Source: Ramazzottius varieornatus (Eukaryota > Animalia > Tardigrada). Taken from it: DNA of 64,000 bases. The first letter of the stretch is position 1. Each line of letters starts with the position of its first letter. The translations under genes were made by a program, and so were the position numbers. A model generated the notes under the pieces. That model ran no database searches, was not told the origin of the DNA, and was given only the letters and a program-made list of their open reading frames with translations. Below are positions 13,539-26,712 of the stretch, piece by piece. The stretch spans positions 455,552-519,551 of the forward strand of contig BDGG01000011.1 of assembly GCA_001949185.1 (NCBI GenBank). Direction: 5' to 3'.

Positions 13539-14011
13539 TAACACCTGCAGCACCACGTGTTTTATGTCAAAATTGAACCATGGGGTGCGAAACGATCCCA
13601 GAGTTTCTGCCTGGTTAAAAAACGAGCGCCACCGCCCCTTGACCAATAGCAACGTTCCCATTCTAACCGGCGCATGACACCATGTGTAGTAATCATTTAA
13701 TCCACCACTTCATCGGGGAAACACAGGACTGAAGAACAAACAACCTCTCCAAGTTTACTAATACGACGTGAAGCTATTCTTCTCACACTCAGAACAAGTT
13801 AAAGTTTCAATGGACTTGTGGTGCAATTCACAGACAGGGATATAGAATGCACTGCCAGTTCCCTACCTGGCTTTTAATCCGGCCAGCATGTTTTAGCCGG
13901 GCCGTAACCGTAAGAATATTCACCTTGACATAAAAGCAGGGAAGAAGAGCTGCTTCAACTTTCCGTAATAATCATGAACTGTGCCCTGCTTGCACAAATT
14001 TTCAGATATCA

Positions 14012-14119
14012 TACGATGCTGAAAATACATCCCTTCCGGTGGTCACGTGACCTTAGTTACCATTGACCGATGTTATAAGACCACGTGACCACCGGAAGAG
14101 ATGCATTTTGAGTACTGTA
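14012..14119. mobile_element. Small palindromic MITE
   Basis: Inverted arms aaaatacatcccttccggtggtcacgtg / cacgtgaccaccggaagagatgcatttt; a related gatgcatcc..tcccgtc / gacgggaagggatgcat pair lies at ~11480-11610. Confidence 0.65.
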
Positions 14120-14180
14120 TATAAACGATAGCCGATGTTCCGGGTAATGGGGCCGCCGCTGTCCATATGCTGAAAATCGA

Positions 14181-14769
14181 TCATAGTCACCTCACGGTCT
14201 TCGCTTTTTTATCAAATCTTTTGACCTAGCCATCCAAGTTCAGAAACTTGAAAGCCATCAGGTAGACGACACTTTAGGCTTTTCGGTCACATAACAAGCC
14301 CTTTAGTTTTCCAGTCAGCCAACCAGTAGGCTTTGGTGGCTTGGACAAGGACAAGAGGGTCTTCTCAAGTCCTGCTCCCATCATCTGGCCAATGCCGGAT
14401 GAAAAGGAGGGGAGATAGTCATCGAGAAACTATACACCCCATCAAAAAAGGGGGCAAAGTGGGGCGTAGATACCAAATGGAAAATGTTCTTTTCTAGTGC
14501 AATCGATTGGACAATGCTTTTGCTACACTCTGGCCGTTTGGGTTTTTCACCAATGCCATCAGTTGACCAGAGAGCAGGACTTGAAAAGACCCTCTTTTCC
14601 TTATCCGAACCACCAAAGCTTACTGGTTGGCTGACGGGAAAACTAACGGGCTTGTCACGTGACCGAAAAGCCTAAAGTGTCTCTACCTTGTGGCTTTTGA
14701 ATTTCAGAAATCGGATGACTAGGTCAAAATATGTGCTCGAGAAAAGCGAAGAGAATGAGGTGATGATGA
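14181..14769. mobile_element. Fold-back element with ~200-bp inverted arms
   Basis: 14181-14400 is the reverse complement (with mismatches) of ~14545-14769, e.g. gacactttaggcttttcggtcac / gtgaccgaaaagcctaaagtgtc. Confidence 0.8.
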
Positions 14770-17328
14770 CCCGTGACACTGGCTGTCTTTCCAGTGAAGT
14801 ATCAGTTTCTGCACTGGACCTGAACTAAGAACGACATTACTCCCATAACGAGAACTTAAATTAATGGGACTGGAATATGTATTCGGGAACTGGAATAGAA
14901 ACTGAAATACCAAAACAGGAAATGATACATCACTGAGGTTATCTAGATTCCATATAGCGACTCGTCCACAGCAGGGAGTATCGCCTGCGGAGATTGATGG
15001 AGCGTGTTGTTTGGGATTGATAATTAGGGTTCATGGTGGCATGCTTTTTGTGGGAAACTTCGTCGGGGAAGGAGATCATGGAGAGAGAAGGTGTTCGGAA
15101 CTCGGCCACGAGGTTGCTCGTGGCCGGGACTTTTGGGGTACAAGGCTGTTAAAAAAATTGTTCTTCGGAGCAGCCTGTGATTTTTAGGGGAAAGAGTTCT
15201 TCGCGGCAAATGCCGTTAGGTTCGCAAGTTAGAGGAAAGAATATGTCAGGCAAAATTGTCGCGAGGGTTCCAGGACCGGTACCGAAGAAAACCTTGAAGT
15301 TCCGGCACGGTAAAGTAAGACACATAAACATGCAGTAGCTGCTACTGTAAGTAGGAAAGCGACGGTAATTGTGGTCGCAATACCATTGTACAGTGAAGGC
15401 AGTAGCTATCAAGGCCAGGATAATCAGAATCGCTTTCCGACTTTCCAGTAGCGACAAGTCTCAGTACATAGTGCAGTGAATGGCTAATGTGGCATATCAC
15501 ATTGGCTGTACCTCCTTACCGGCACAGCCGGAATTCACACCTGGACATTATACCTCAAGCATCTGGTGCAGAAAGAAAGTATGAACTTTACTCCGCAGCT
15601 CCTTCGTCAATTAGATGGTTTAAAGTTTGGGCAGAAAACCTTTTTATTAGCCTTTCCACAATTTTTGTGCAATCCTCGAAAGCAAATTGACGGTTGGGCC
15701 AGTACGTTTATACGCGTATGTTATGGCCTTTGACGAGCAGCCACCTGCGTACACTATGACATTGTGCCAATGATTGTTTCACGATCAGGCTTGGAATAAA
15801 ATTAATCGGTTACTGGCCATCTGCAGAAAGTCAGTTCCCATCAGGGTAGCTACGCCGACGTGATTTAATCCACATCCAGCGTACATGATGTCGTGTAGCA
15901 GAAGGTAAGCGCGGTATGAAGTGTGTTTGATGCCGGAAATTACGTATTAAGAGAGTGTATACATTGGACAATGATGGTTGAATATCTTGCCCACCCACCC
16001 CTGCAAAGTACTCCAAGCTTCCTCAAGTTCTCGCGCGAGGTCGCCCAACCATTTCCGCCACCAAACAATATTCCAACACTCGCTTTGTCCTCTTAGCCCT
16101 TGACTATGGTCTACGTCCTACATGACATGCTACACTCTTCCTCCTTCAGCGGAAATGTCCCAGTTCGCTTCTTATGACGCGGTGGAAGATTCTGCGATGA
16201 CGTCACATCACCATTAATTAATCTAGTGGCAAATGCCGAACGATCGCGGCAAATGGCCAGTAGCTGTCATGCTGTAAATTTACTGTTTTTTACTTTCATG
16301 GCTTGTTCCTGAACGTCTGTCTTACAAAATTATGACAGGTTTAAACATACCATAATGTAATTGAGCGTTATAATACAATAATGGCCAATGTAAAGACGCT
16401 ATAATGCCGGAATAAATATGTAAATGCTAAGCAGGCATGTACCTTGACATTCGAAGGTAACAGCATGAAGATATCGCTGCATAATTGACGCATGCATGCA
16501 TGCTGTAATGCCTGATGCTTTCAATGTCACGAGCGTTAAGGCTTTAAACTCTGCGGAAAACTATGAAAGCAGTGTTAGGTAGCAAGTAGACTAGGAATGT
16601 GATCTATTTGATAAGATGCATAAATTAATTTTGAAAGGACATTGAATTGCCGGTAAAGTGCACTGTAATCCCCCAAAGCTGTATATACTACCGTCCGACG
16701 CAGTGGGCCCGTTTGGCAGTGCAGTGTATGGAGCCCAGCATAGCCAGCTCCTCAGACGGCTTAACGCCTTATTGAAGATCAACGGTAGGCAGTAAAGCCT
16801 GACCGTGTCTATATAAACGGAGTTAGCATCGATGGCCATCGAGGCCTGTTACAAGCCAGTAGAGAGCCTCGCCACATCCGACCCGTAGAAATCTCCTTCT
16901 TTCTCCAGCCAATGTCTCCTTGACACGACTACACGCAGTCTGCTTCTCCAAGGTTTCCAGTTATAACCGTTAGCTTGGACCAAGACGCCGAGCTGTGCAG
17001 TCATCATCACTGTGTCACTACGGGTGTGTCAGCTGTAACTTTTGTCTTTCTGGGAAATAGTTACTGTTGATACCAAAAACCCAACGGCATCGAGAAACCT
17101 TTTTGTCTGCTGTCGGTCAACATCGAGTTATTCCTGGCTCCAAACCCTGGTCGGGACTTGTCTCTGTGTATCGTTTGGACTTACATGACCGCTGGCGACT
17201 CTGGAAACAATGGGACCTGTTGATTTGAACTCTTAGTTGGCAAGAAAGTTATTCTTCGTACTGACTGACCATTCGATCGTCCACTGTTCACTTTTTTCTC
17301 TCTTGCCGCAAACCCGTGTGCTTCTGTC

Positions 17329-20300
17329 ATGACCATGACCTGGACGAAGATCTTCCCTGTGGACGTACGACGTATCCTGCCGAGTGGTCAGTTTTGGATA
17401 TGGCTTCCTCTTCTGCGGGTAAGCATCAATTTTTTCATCAGCTTCCTTGGTATATTTCTGGTCAGACTGAGCCACGGGTGGTCTTCTCAATAGTACGGCT
17501 GAAATTATTCCGTATGGCAGAATTCTGCCATACGGAATAATTTTTCAAAGTAAATTCTACAGCAGAGCGACCTAAACCGCGCTCTGCACCGTTAGGAAAG
17601 TGACGATGGCGTTCTCAAGGTCAGCAAAATTCCGACAGCACCACAGGATACGAAACAAGCAATTGGGATTTATTCTTGACCAGTAAAGACATGATTATCT
17701 GCCACTTACCGAGTTCGGGTCTTCTGTGCCCCTGCATCGTTTTTTGTCTGGTTTGGTGAGTATGAACAAACACAGAACGTCGTTTAGTTCAACATAGCCG
17801 GACTGTTCAGCCTTAATTTTAGGGCTCTTCGACAAGCCAAAGAACCCACGGCCGAAAGCCGTTCGTCTAGTTGTCTGTTTCCAGTGTCACACATGTGTCA
17901 GCATTATTTTTGGTTAGCTCTGAAATTTGGGAGGTTAGCTCATTTGATCACGATCAAACATAATAAACAATTCTGTTGGTTTCAAAATAACCCTGACCTT
18001 CGGCGGCGTTTGATATGAGGCTGGTGATGGAAGAATGGAATGTTTACGGGAGATACTTGATTCTGTTGACATGAGGACAAAAGAGGCTGCTTGACGTTGG
18101 CGACCTTAGGGTGAAGCCTCAAGCCGGGGTAGCGCTTCTTAAGACGGGCACTTGAGCCGCCGATCATTATGACGTAAGACTGGACAATCCCTATTCTTTC
18201 CTTGCAGATATTGTTGTCCTTATGCCTGCTCAAGACGACGGCCAAGGCTGAGTTTAGTAAGTCCAGCTTATGTTACCGTCTTACCCACCTGCCCAAGGTC
18301 CACCCCTATTGTCTGGTCGGTTACGCGACGTTTCCCCTCTCTCTCTCTTTGTAGTCGACAAGGTCGAATGCGAGAAGGACAAGATGCTGGTCTACATCAA
18401 CGAACGCAAAGTCCAGGAAGAATTTCCCGGAGTCACCGTTGATCGATATGTTGTCTATGTCAACAACTACAAAGACACTTGCAAAGACGATTCCGGCGCC
18501 ATAAGGTACGCTCGAATAATTTCCTATATTTCGAGAAGGTCCACCATGCATGATACGAATAAAGGTCACTGCAATAGATTGACGATTTTCAGTGGCTGGC
18601 ACTCAGCCCAGGGAAAACCGATTTGCAACCGTCGATAGTGCAAGTTTTGAGATGTATCATCCAGTAATTCTGCCAAACCATCTCCCATTGGTAAACGGTC
18701 AAGACCATTATGTGGTCAAAACATCTGGCCTAGCCATGGCTGGAAAAGCCACTTGGTCTTTCTACGATCTAAAAATTGTTTCCTTGAACAAGACAAGAAG
18801 GGAGCGGCCTTACTGGATGGAACATTGCGTTTGTTCATGCGCATATGCCTTGCAGCAACTCTTATACACGAATCGACACCTGAATTGAAACTCTAGAGTT
18901 CATTAAACTTGGTAATTCTCTGTGAAACTTCTTCTTTGATATTTCAGTCCGGGAGTGAGTTTTTCCAAAGTATTCCAAAAATATTTCTTAACCCGCACAA
19001 AGATAAGCAGCATCCTCTGCGGTTTCAACCGCTTGTTTTGGGATGTTGCAGTTCGAGCGGGAACCTGATGTCAAAGCGGTTTGTGGTCTGGTTGAACGCT
19101 CAGTGTGGGATCGACAGCGCGTCGGACAACACGATGGGCCTGCAGAAAGAATGGCTGGTCTATCAGACAACTATCCGGTTAGAAGCCTTGAACCCGCGAC
19201 CTACCGACGGTCGAATACTGGAACAACGCGTCAAATGCGTCTACTCCACCACACACCAAGCCGTCGCTGCGTCCAACAAACTCATCGTCAACGAGTAAGG
19301 CTCTGTTAAATATGAGCACACTGCTTAACTTTATCATATACGTAGAAAACACTGCAACTTACGGAACAAAGCGAGGGTATTTCGGTTGCAGCGCACCGGG
19401 CAACTTTGATAGGATAGCGCAATCATCGGGAGTGTCGAGCACGGGCGCCGGTACGGTGGAAGGTAGCGCGCCGTCCGTCGAAGACTTTATCGAGCTCTTC
19501 TTTGCCAACTCCGACCCACAGTTTACACCGCTGACGGAAGCCACCATTGGAGATACCGTCCGGGTTGTCCTGCGCATGACGACCAACGGTAAGTTCTTCT
19601 GATGAATTTCTGCGGCTGTTGGGAAGTTTCTGGAAGAGTGATGTTGGGTATTTTCCTTCGCAGTGGCGTATTCGACGATGAAACCGGAATTCTGCATCGT
19701 CTCCAACAAGCCATACAGTAATCGCAACGATCCGGATTTCCGAGAGCTCATCCTCGTCAAGGACGGGTAGGCTAAGTCTCTTGTTTGATGTCGTCCACGT
19801 ATCACATTGCATGCCGTCTACATTGCCAGCATGGGTCGACATGTCATAAAATCAAAAACAAAAGTATTCCAAAAAGCAGAATGCTTGAAAAAAATAGCAT
19901 CTAAACTTCAATAAAATTTTTCTATGTTAGAAAATTAATGGGTCAGCGGCAATTCGGTTTAACCACCAGTAAAAAAACACTTAGCTTTGTATTGGTGTTG
20001 ATCACAAAGACTGTTCCTAACCAAGGTTCCTTTCGATCAGTCTCTTGGTCTTGCAGGTGCAGCATAGACTCAATACCACCCTTGATTCCCAAGATGGTGT
20101 ACCGCGCCGCCTTGTCAACCGGCGAACCCGAAATGTATTACAGCAAGTTCGTCATGTTCCAAATGGGCGATTTCAGCGAGCTTCACGCCATGTGCAACGT
20201 CCGCCTATGCATTACCAACGCGGAAGCAGCTTGTGACACTCAGTCACCGGTGCGGTCGCTCTATCCGTTTTTTGTTCATTGAAAATACCTTAATGGATTC

Positions 20301-20762
20301 TCATTTTCCATCATACAGCGAGGATGTTTCGAATCTGTCAGGAGAAAGCGTTCCGCACCATATCAACTGCCGCAAAGTCGCATGATCACCATCAGCACCC
20401 ATAATGCTTCAATCGACAACACGGCCTCGGATGTCTTGACGGTCTCTGGAAGGCTGGTCATCCAGAGTGCCGACAGCTCAGGTTTGTTTATTTTCACTAA
20501 GAAGGGTCCAGTTTCGGTCATCAACGTGTTGGTGTTTGCAGGTAGTACATCGCAACACGTCGGTCACTTCTGTTTCCCGACGCTGTCTTTCTCCGTCCTG
20601 ACGGGAGTGTTAGGCTGGTTCTTTGCACTGTCGTTCATTGCTACAGTTTGCCTAGCTTACTTGCTGAAACGCGAGAAAAATAAGAACCAATGGCTTCACA
20701 GCAAATATATGGGCGCTGCCTCTGATTGTTCTCACAGCTCCATTGCTGAACTGAAATATTGA
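17329..20762 (+). CDS. Zona pellucida (ZP) domain membrane protein (cuticulin/dusky-like)
   Basis: About 9 exons with GT-AG borders. Signal peptide (...LLRILLSLCLLKTTAKAEF), ZP-N start (VECEKDKMLVYI, CG, KCVY), ZP-C (IGD.VRV, FCIV, LVKDGC, F.MFQ, AMCNVRLC), furin site RRKR (~20340), TM helix, short tail, stop at 20760-20762. Confidence 0.85.
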
Positions 20763-20940
20763 TTTCCTCTTATTGACCATTATGTCAACATTCCCGCCTT
20801 TTCGCCTGTCTTTTCCTTCATCTACTACTCTTGTTTTTCTAGTTTTGAGCTTGTTCATCTTACGCGCCAGATCTCCAGCAACTGGGTTCTGACCAACGGC
20901 CTGCTTGTTAAAACATGCTTTATAATTCGGTTTACCGAAT

Positions 20941-21428
20941 TTCGCTAACAAGTAAATTACGGCCGACGCTCGGGCCCATATCGCAGGAGCATAGAGGAGA
21001 ATTTCCAACACAGTTTGAACTACAGACATAGAGAAAAGAACCTGGAAGGTATTGTGGGATCCGGGAGTAACGGCTCCGAGACGCTGCAGTGACGTAACGT
21101 TCTTTGGTTGAGACTTGAGAAATTTGCTTGATCAGAAACTCATCGGCCCAAAAGCTGCTTTGTATGCTTGGGACAGAACAGGACACGCTATTGGGCCAGT
21201 TCCAGCCAGACACGACAGTACCGGTATAATAGGCTGATGAGTTCGTGATCAGTCAAAACTCTCAATCAAGGAACTTTTCCTCACTGCAGCGTCTGAGAGC
21301 CGTTGCTTCCTGATCCCGCAGTATCTTCCAGGATTTATCTTCTGACTGTGTAGTTCAAAGTGGAAAGAAAATTCTCTTCTATCTTCTTGCGATTTATGTC
21401 TAAACGTCCGGATTTAACGGTTGGCGAC
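20941..21428. repeat. Degenerate fold-back (long inverted repeat)
   Basis: 20941-21150 is inverted against ~21230-21428, e.g. ctggaaggtattgtgggatccgggagtaacggctccgagacgctgcagtga vs tcactgcagcgtctgagagccgttgcttcctgatcccgcagtatcttccag. Confidence 0.75.
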
Positions 21429-21837
21429 TCATGCGACAGGAAGCGGAAGGCAGAATAGCGAGTAGAAGGAAATTGCACGACAGGCAAATTCTTAAACAGC
21501 AACATTATAATTACGAGGTAGAGAAAACAATTCGGGCACAGCGATTTTTGCATCATAATTCAAGCATATTTTTTCTGAGCTCCTGCTGCATGTAATCACG
21601 TGCTTATTGCTTCCAAAGCTACATCAATCCCTCTCCTCAAGGTCCATATAGGTTTGGGAACGATGAAACGTTGTGCAGTAGGTCAGAAGACGGTATCGTG
21701 AGGGAGAGACGCAAAAAAACCCAAAGTTGTATCAACAAGTGTACGGTGAGAAATCAATCAGGCGTCGATAAGAAAGCCTAAACTTTTCGCATTGCCCGAA
21801 TTATGGTGTGAAAGTCGCTGTGCCCGAATTATGTCCT

Positions 21838-24251
21838 TTACCTCGTATTCGGGTAATAATACTCCGTGGGAAAACAGAGGTCCGTTGGGGACGCCTTCGT
21901 CCCACGGATGTAGATCCTGCCAGGGCACGAATCATGCGCTCCACAAGTTCGGATTAGCAGCAAGGTCAGGTCTATCGACAGGAGGCGGTACAGCCGTCGC
22001 ATTGCAGGCTTCCAGTTTGTTCTCCAACAACTGCAGTATGTCAGGCCGGGACACGGCGATATTATGCGCCTCACATGGATCGTCCGTCAAATCGAACAAG
22101 CAGTCCCGCTCCCATGGAATACAGTCTTTTGCAGCACCAGCGGGCAAAGACTTGCATCGAATGGAAGCAACCGTCGGTTTTCGCTAGTTCTTCGCCCGCC
22201 CACTCTTTGTGTTTTCTGATGCGAACCTTCGCAAAAGTCGACAATATTAAAGCAAGAATCGAGGAAAAGTCAGAGGCGATTTTGGCGGTATTACACTAAC
22301 AGGAGATTTTTTTCTCTGGTTGCTGTATGGGCTTCCACCAAGCACCTTGAATACATTTCCGTTTGCAGCCTGAAATTAAAAGTCAATGCAGAGTGCTTCT
22401 TGACAGGGTCAATGTTATGAAGGACGTCCTTTCGAGGACCCACTCCATTTCCGCCTAAATAACGAGAAACGCCTTAGAGGAAATCGCGTGGCTCGTTCCG
22501 TATACGAGGGGTAATTATGGGACGGTAAAAATTATGCGACAGGCCTAATTTCGTTACGGCGTCACGGAGGCACGTACGTGCTCGTATTCACAGTAATACA
22601 ATTTTTAACACTTTTCTACGGTCAAATCTCCATTTTGCCGTCCTTTCCGCCTGATCCATGATTTTCACTGTCCCATAATTTCCCATCGTGCGTGTACAGT
22701 ATGTGACGTGGCCGAGTGGCCTTACTTTGCAGCGAGGACCACTGACTGACACCATCGATGCCCAATCCATCCAGATCAGCCATGTTTCCTTCAACTGCGT
22801 GCCACAGGGTCGGCAGTCAGTCGGTGACATGGAAGAGTTGGTTTGTCATGGTAGCGGGTCGTTTCAGCAACGGCGACCAGATGAAAACCGCAGCCCGAAC
22901 GCCTCCTTCAAACAGCGAAGCTTTGCCCGCTCGTCGTGGCCAGTTGTAACCGTGATTGGCACCGCCCGTTAAGGGACCGACAAGTTCCGCAGCGCCGCCA
23001 TTCCCCGAAGCGAAGACGAATAGGCTGTTATTGAGGACACCCTTGTTGGTCAGAGCGCCGATCATGCGTTTTACACTCTCATCCAGCGCCTGTATCAAAG
23101 CTGCAATAGTAAGACAAAACATACAACAAATAGAAGTTAAAACTAATATACAGTATGTTGAGAACGTTGGATTCAGGCTTATTCACAGATCTGATTACCC
23201 AGTTGCTGTTTCCGTTTGGGGTATTTGATGGGAAGTTGCGGACACGGGGACGAAGGTCGAGCTGTGGCATGGTGGTGAGATGAGAGAAATTGCTGGTATG
23301 TGGCAAGAGAGTAGCAAAGTACCGGAAAAATGGCTTTGGCATTGAACAACTCGGGCAAGTAGAAATTGTTTACGTGGCTGACGGGGACCCGTAAGCCATT
23401 CTCGCGTAAAGTTCTCCCAGATGTGGTGGCTGGTCTTTCACCCTGCGTCTTCGAAGTGGGCAACGCTGTGAAGCTTCTACCGGACTTGGCGTGGTTAGCT
23501 AGAGTGGAGTTGTACACGCCTACCGGATAGGCAGCGGGGTGGGTGAGAAAGTGGCAGCTACCGCTGGAGTACCACAGCGAATAGACAAAGCCGCGCCCCT
23601 TTAAGATAAAAAATACACATACACGTTCACGAAAAACGATTTCTCTTCGTGCCTACCCGCATTCATTGCTTTCAATTTTCTAAAAAAGTCTGAGGCACAA
23701 GTCAGCATACCTTCCCGAGCAAGCTTGTACGATAGCCAAGCTTCTTCACGAGCTGCGGTGAAAGAGTGTGTTGCAACGGCAGTGCTTTGGCGATGCCGTT
23801 CCGGATGACATCGTTTGAAGACCTAACAGGCACATGCAAACAGACAGGTCGCAGACCTGGCGTAATTTTTATAAACCTGATGACATTCGTACCTGTATGG
23901 ATTGTATACTTTCCGGTGAGAACCGATCCTCTTGTGGGAAGTACACAGGGCATCAGAGTGATACCTGTTCAGAATGATGCCTTCCCAGGCCAGTCGATCT
24001 ATGGTCGGTGTCGGTGTTTGAAATTTGCCCTCTGTAAAACCAACGTCTGTCCGACCTTGAATGAAAAAAGGCTTTGACGAAAGTTCAGTTAGTTCAGCAC
24101 CAGCCAGAGTGCCTAGTGGCAGTTGAGAACTTAGCAAATCATCCGCTAAGAAAAAGACGATGTTGGGCCGTTTTTTACTGTCTGTCGGCTTGGCTAGCGT
24201 TGTGCCAGGCAGTATGGATGTAAGAGTAAACAGGATCAAGCCATGTTCCAT
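21838..24251 (-). pseudogene. Arylsulfatase B-like pseudogene
   Basis: Signal peptide, RPNIVFFLADDL, GKASLFEGGVR and LFDLTDDPCE motifs. Lesions: first donor reads ctaagt instead of gtaagt (24129-24134); +1 frameshift inside the catalytic CTPTR motif (~23939); HVTD-stop (TGA at 22817-22819, where W is expected); SDNG changed to SGNG; KWHLG not found. Confidence 0.85.
22504..22689. mobile_element. Small MITE within the sulfatase pseudogene
   Basis: Inverted ends acgaggggtaattatgggacggtaaaaattatg / catgattttcactgtcccataatttcccatcgt. Confidence 0.6.
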
Positions 24252-24640
24252 GATCAGTCTGGACTTCCAGACCACAGTTACAGTAACTGTCTCTATAACT
24301 CAGAGCACCGTTAGTTTGAGTTGTGAATTTGATGTTGGGTAACGAACATCTGCGGGTTAACCATGGAAAACATTGCGTGGAAGCGACACTCGAAGCCTGC
24401 GATGTAGAACCGCCGAGCTGACACAATTAAGATTTCTGGCTCGCTGACGTCACCCGAATCGTCTGGATTTCAAACGATATAGAGGACGTATTCAAGGTTT
24501 TTGATGGTTTAGTCGCCCATAGAAAGTACCACCAAGCTAAAGTCACAAGACACAGGGTAACAACGTTAACGTACAGACAAGTGCTGTATAAAAGTTCAGG
24601 TGTAGAAAAGCGGACTTTGTGTTTTGGAAGACATGACAGT

Positions 24641-26712
24641 TCACAAGTAAATATTGCCGGGACAGAGACAGGTAGCCTTGCAGTTGGTGGCAAGGCGCTC
24701 TTGAAAACGACTGGAGCAAATCTTGTACTTCTTCTCCAGCTCGTCGCAATTGGAGTACACGTTGGAGTAACGACAAGTATTGGCTGCAAATAAGTATCAA
24801 CATAATCTTACACACTGAAATTTTCTCTTTCCTCGATCAGTACACGAGTATTGCAGTGTTGTATTCAGTCTAGGCATAATTTACGTACTTAACCATCAAT
24901 CAAGCAACACAAGTCAAGCGACGACTGTATCGAAAACCGATGGAAAAACCGAGTTACAAAAGCTAGTTTTTACTATTCAGTGTCGATGGACCAGCTGTGC
25001 TTGATTGATGGAAAGGACGGAATTTATGGCCGAGACTGACTACAACACCGTACTGTGTACCGCGTTTATGTGAAGAGCAGCACTTACTGCATAGTCCGCG
25101 GTCGCAGGAGTCCGGACACGCAGCACAGGGGTTTCCCGCCTTGTATGGCGCACTCAAGTCGCCAAAGTTGCCACTGGAAGAAACCACTTTAGATGCCGTA
25201 AACCCAACTTACTGTCAAAATTATGTGGTCTAATTCGGAGTTTAAAACTGCAGTCGGTTGTTGTCACCATAATGGCATTCGTACTTTGGACAGTAATGGC
25301 AAACGTAAAAGTGCCATCCACCACAATCCTTGTAAGCACAGCCTAGTTGAAAAGTTGTAGCCCAGGTCATCTGCAAATGAAGCCCATCCGAACCGTCGTT
25401 TACTTCCCACGTTTACCCAGTTTCGGGGCATTGAAATAACTTACGGCGGTATAATGGCCGACGACATGGAGATCATTAGGCTGGCCATATGTGTAGTCCT
25501 TTTCCTCGTTGAACCACATGTTGATGACGGCGTTCCAGGAGAATGGCCAGGGTGTGGTGTAAGCAATGTTCTGGCCACAAGGAAAGAGCGACGTTGTTCG
25601 GTTGGTTTCGTTGTTATGGTTGTACGAACACTGTTCCGCCCATTCTTGAGCTTGATCTGCCGCTTCCTGGTTCCACTCCATCCGTAACATGTTGCTGGCC
25701 GTCGGTTTTACGCTGGCCCGCAAACAGTTATGCTTCTGCACTGTGTAGTTCGCCACCTCCTCTAACTTATGAGCGTCCAACTCAGACAGCGTCAAACCTA
25801 CGATAAATCTATATGACACTGAAGTACCCAGAAAAATGCGTTGAATAAATAAAACTTGTGCATCTCCCGCATGCATAAAAATAGTACTTCGAAATATTAA
25901 TTTAATAAAATCTAAGAATTTGCAAATATCGCGATTTTGCTGCAAGGTCAAACGCGACACGACCAGTATTAAAAGCTTAGTTTTCAGCAGACGTTTGGTA
26001 CGATTACGGACCTTCTTCGTCGCTGGTGGTGTTGTCTCTCAGCGGAATGGTCAGCGTGTTACTTTTATTGAAAAGCACGTTGGCACAGTGCGGAGAAAGG
26101 AGAGGCTGGGTCTTGTTCTCCCTGGCTTTTTCTGGCTCTGGCTTGACGGTGACCGCTTCGGCGTCGATAGGTGGCGGCTTGCCTTGTCGCGTTCGGTTAG
26201 CCACCAGGATGTGGGGAATGCTCAAGCTTTTATTGGGTGTAGAGACCGGCGTCATGGAGATGTTGAGCCAGCGTGCTGTCACGTTGCGCAGACAGGTGGC
26301 GTTGGATGAAGAGCGGAAGTAGGTGACAAAGTCCTCCACTTGTTCAGGTGCTACCACAGCGTGCCAAGTGATGTTGCGTAGATTGCCTTTGGTAAACTCG
26401 TAAGAGGATTGAGCGGAAATGATCACGGAGGAGGAAGACGTTTGAAGAACGTCCAAGCTCATCCATGGAAAATGGAAGAGAGTTTCCGCTGCATGACTGG
26501 CTTCTGCGAGCGAGAAACTTCGTCACACGCCAAATAGTAACAGACCAACAACTAAGAAAACTATCCTTAAGAACATTGGTGAGAGAATTCAGCTTGTGCA
26601 AAACGGGCTTACCTTGAGCAATCGCCTTATCGGACGACATCAGGGATAAACTCGTAAGAAACGGCAGAAAGATACAAGATAAATATCCTAGATTAAATTC
26701 CATCGCAGTCAT
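24641..26712 (-). CDS. Cysteine-rich secretory protein (CAP/SCP domain + hinge + ICR/CRISP domain) with N-terminal extension
   Basis: Six exons. Signal peptide; HNCLR...ASNMLRMEW; CGQNI; GHYTAMTW; YVCHYCP.GN; hinge PYKAGNPCAACPDSCDRGLC; last exon (24783-24641) TNTCRYSNVYSNCDELEKKYKICSSRFQERLATNCKATCLCPGNIYL-stop. Confidence 0.9.
24856..25050. mobile_element. MITE in the last CRISP intron (same family as 63679-63875)
   Basis: TIR cagtgttgtattcagtctaggcataattt / aatttatggccgagactgactacaacaccg; colinear homolog near the right end of the window. Confidence 0.7.

Noticed and set aside
15000-16100. Possible LINE or gene remnant on the minus strand
   Set aside because: No recognisable conserved motif; only short ORFs.
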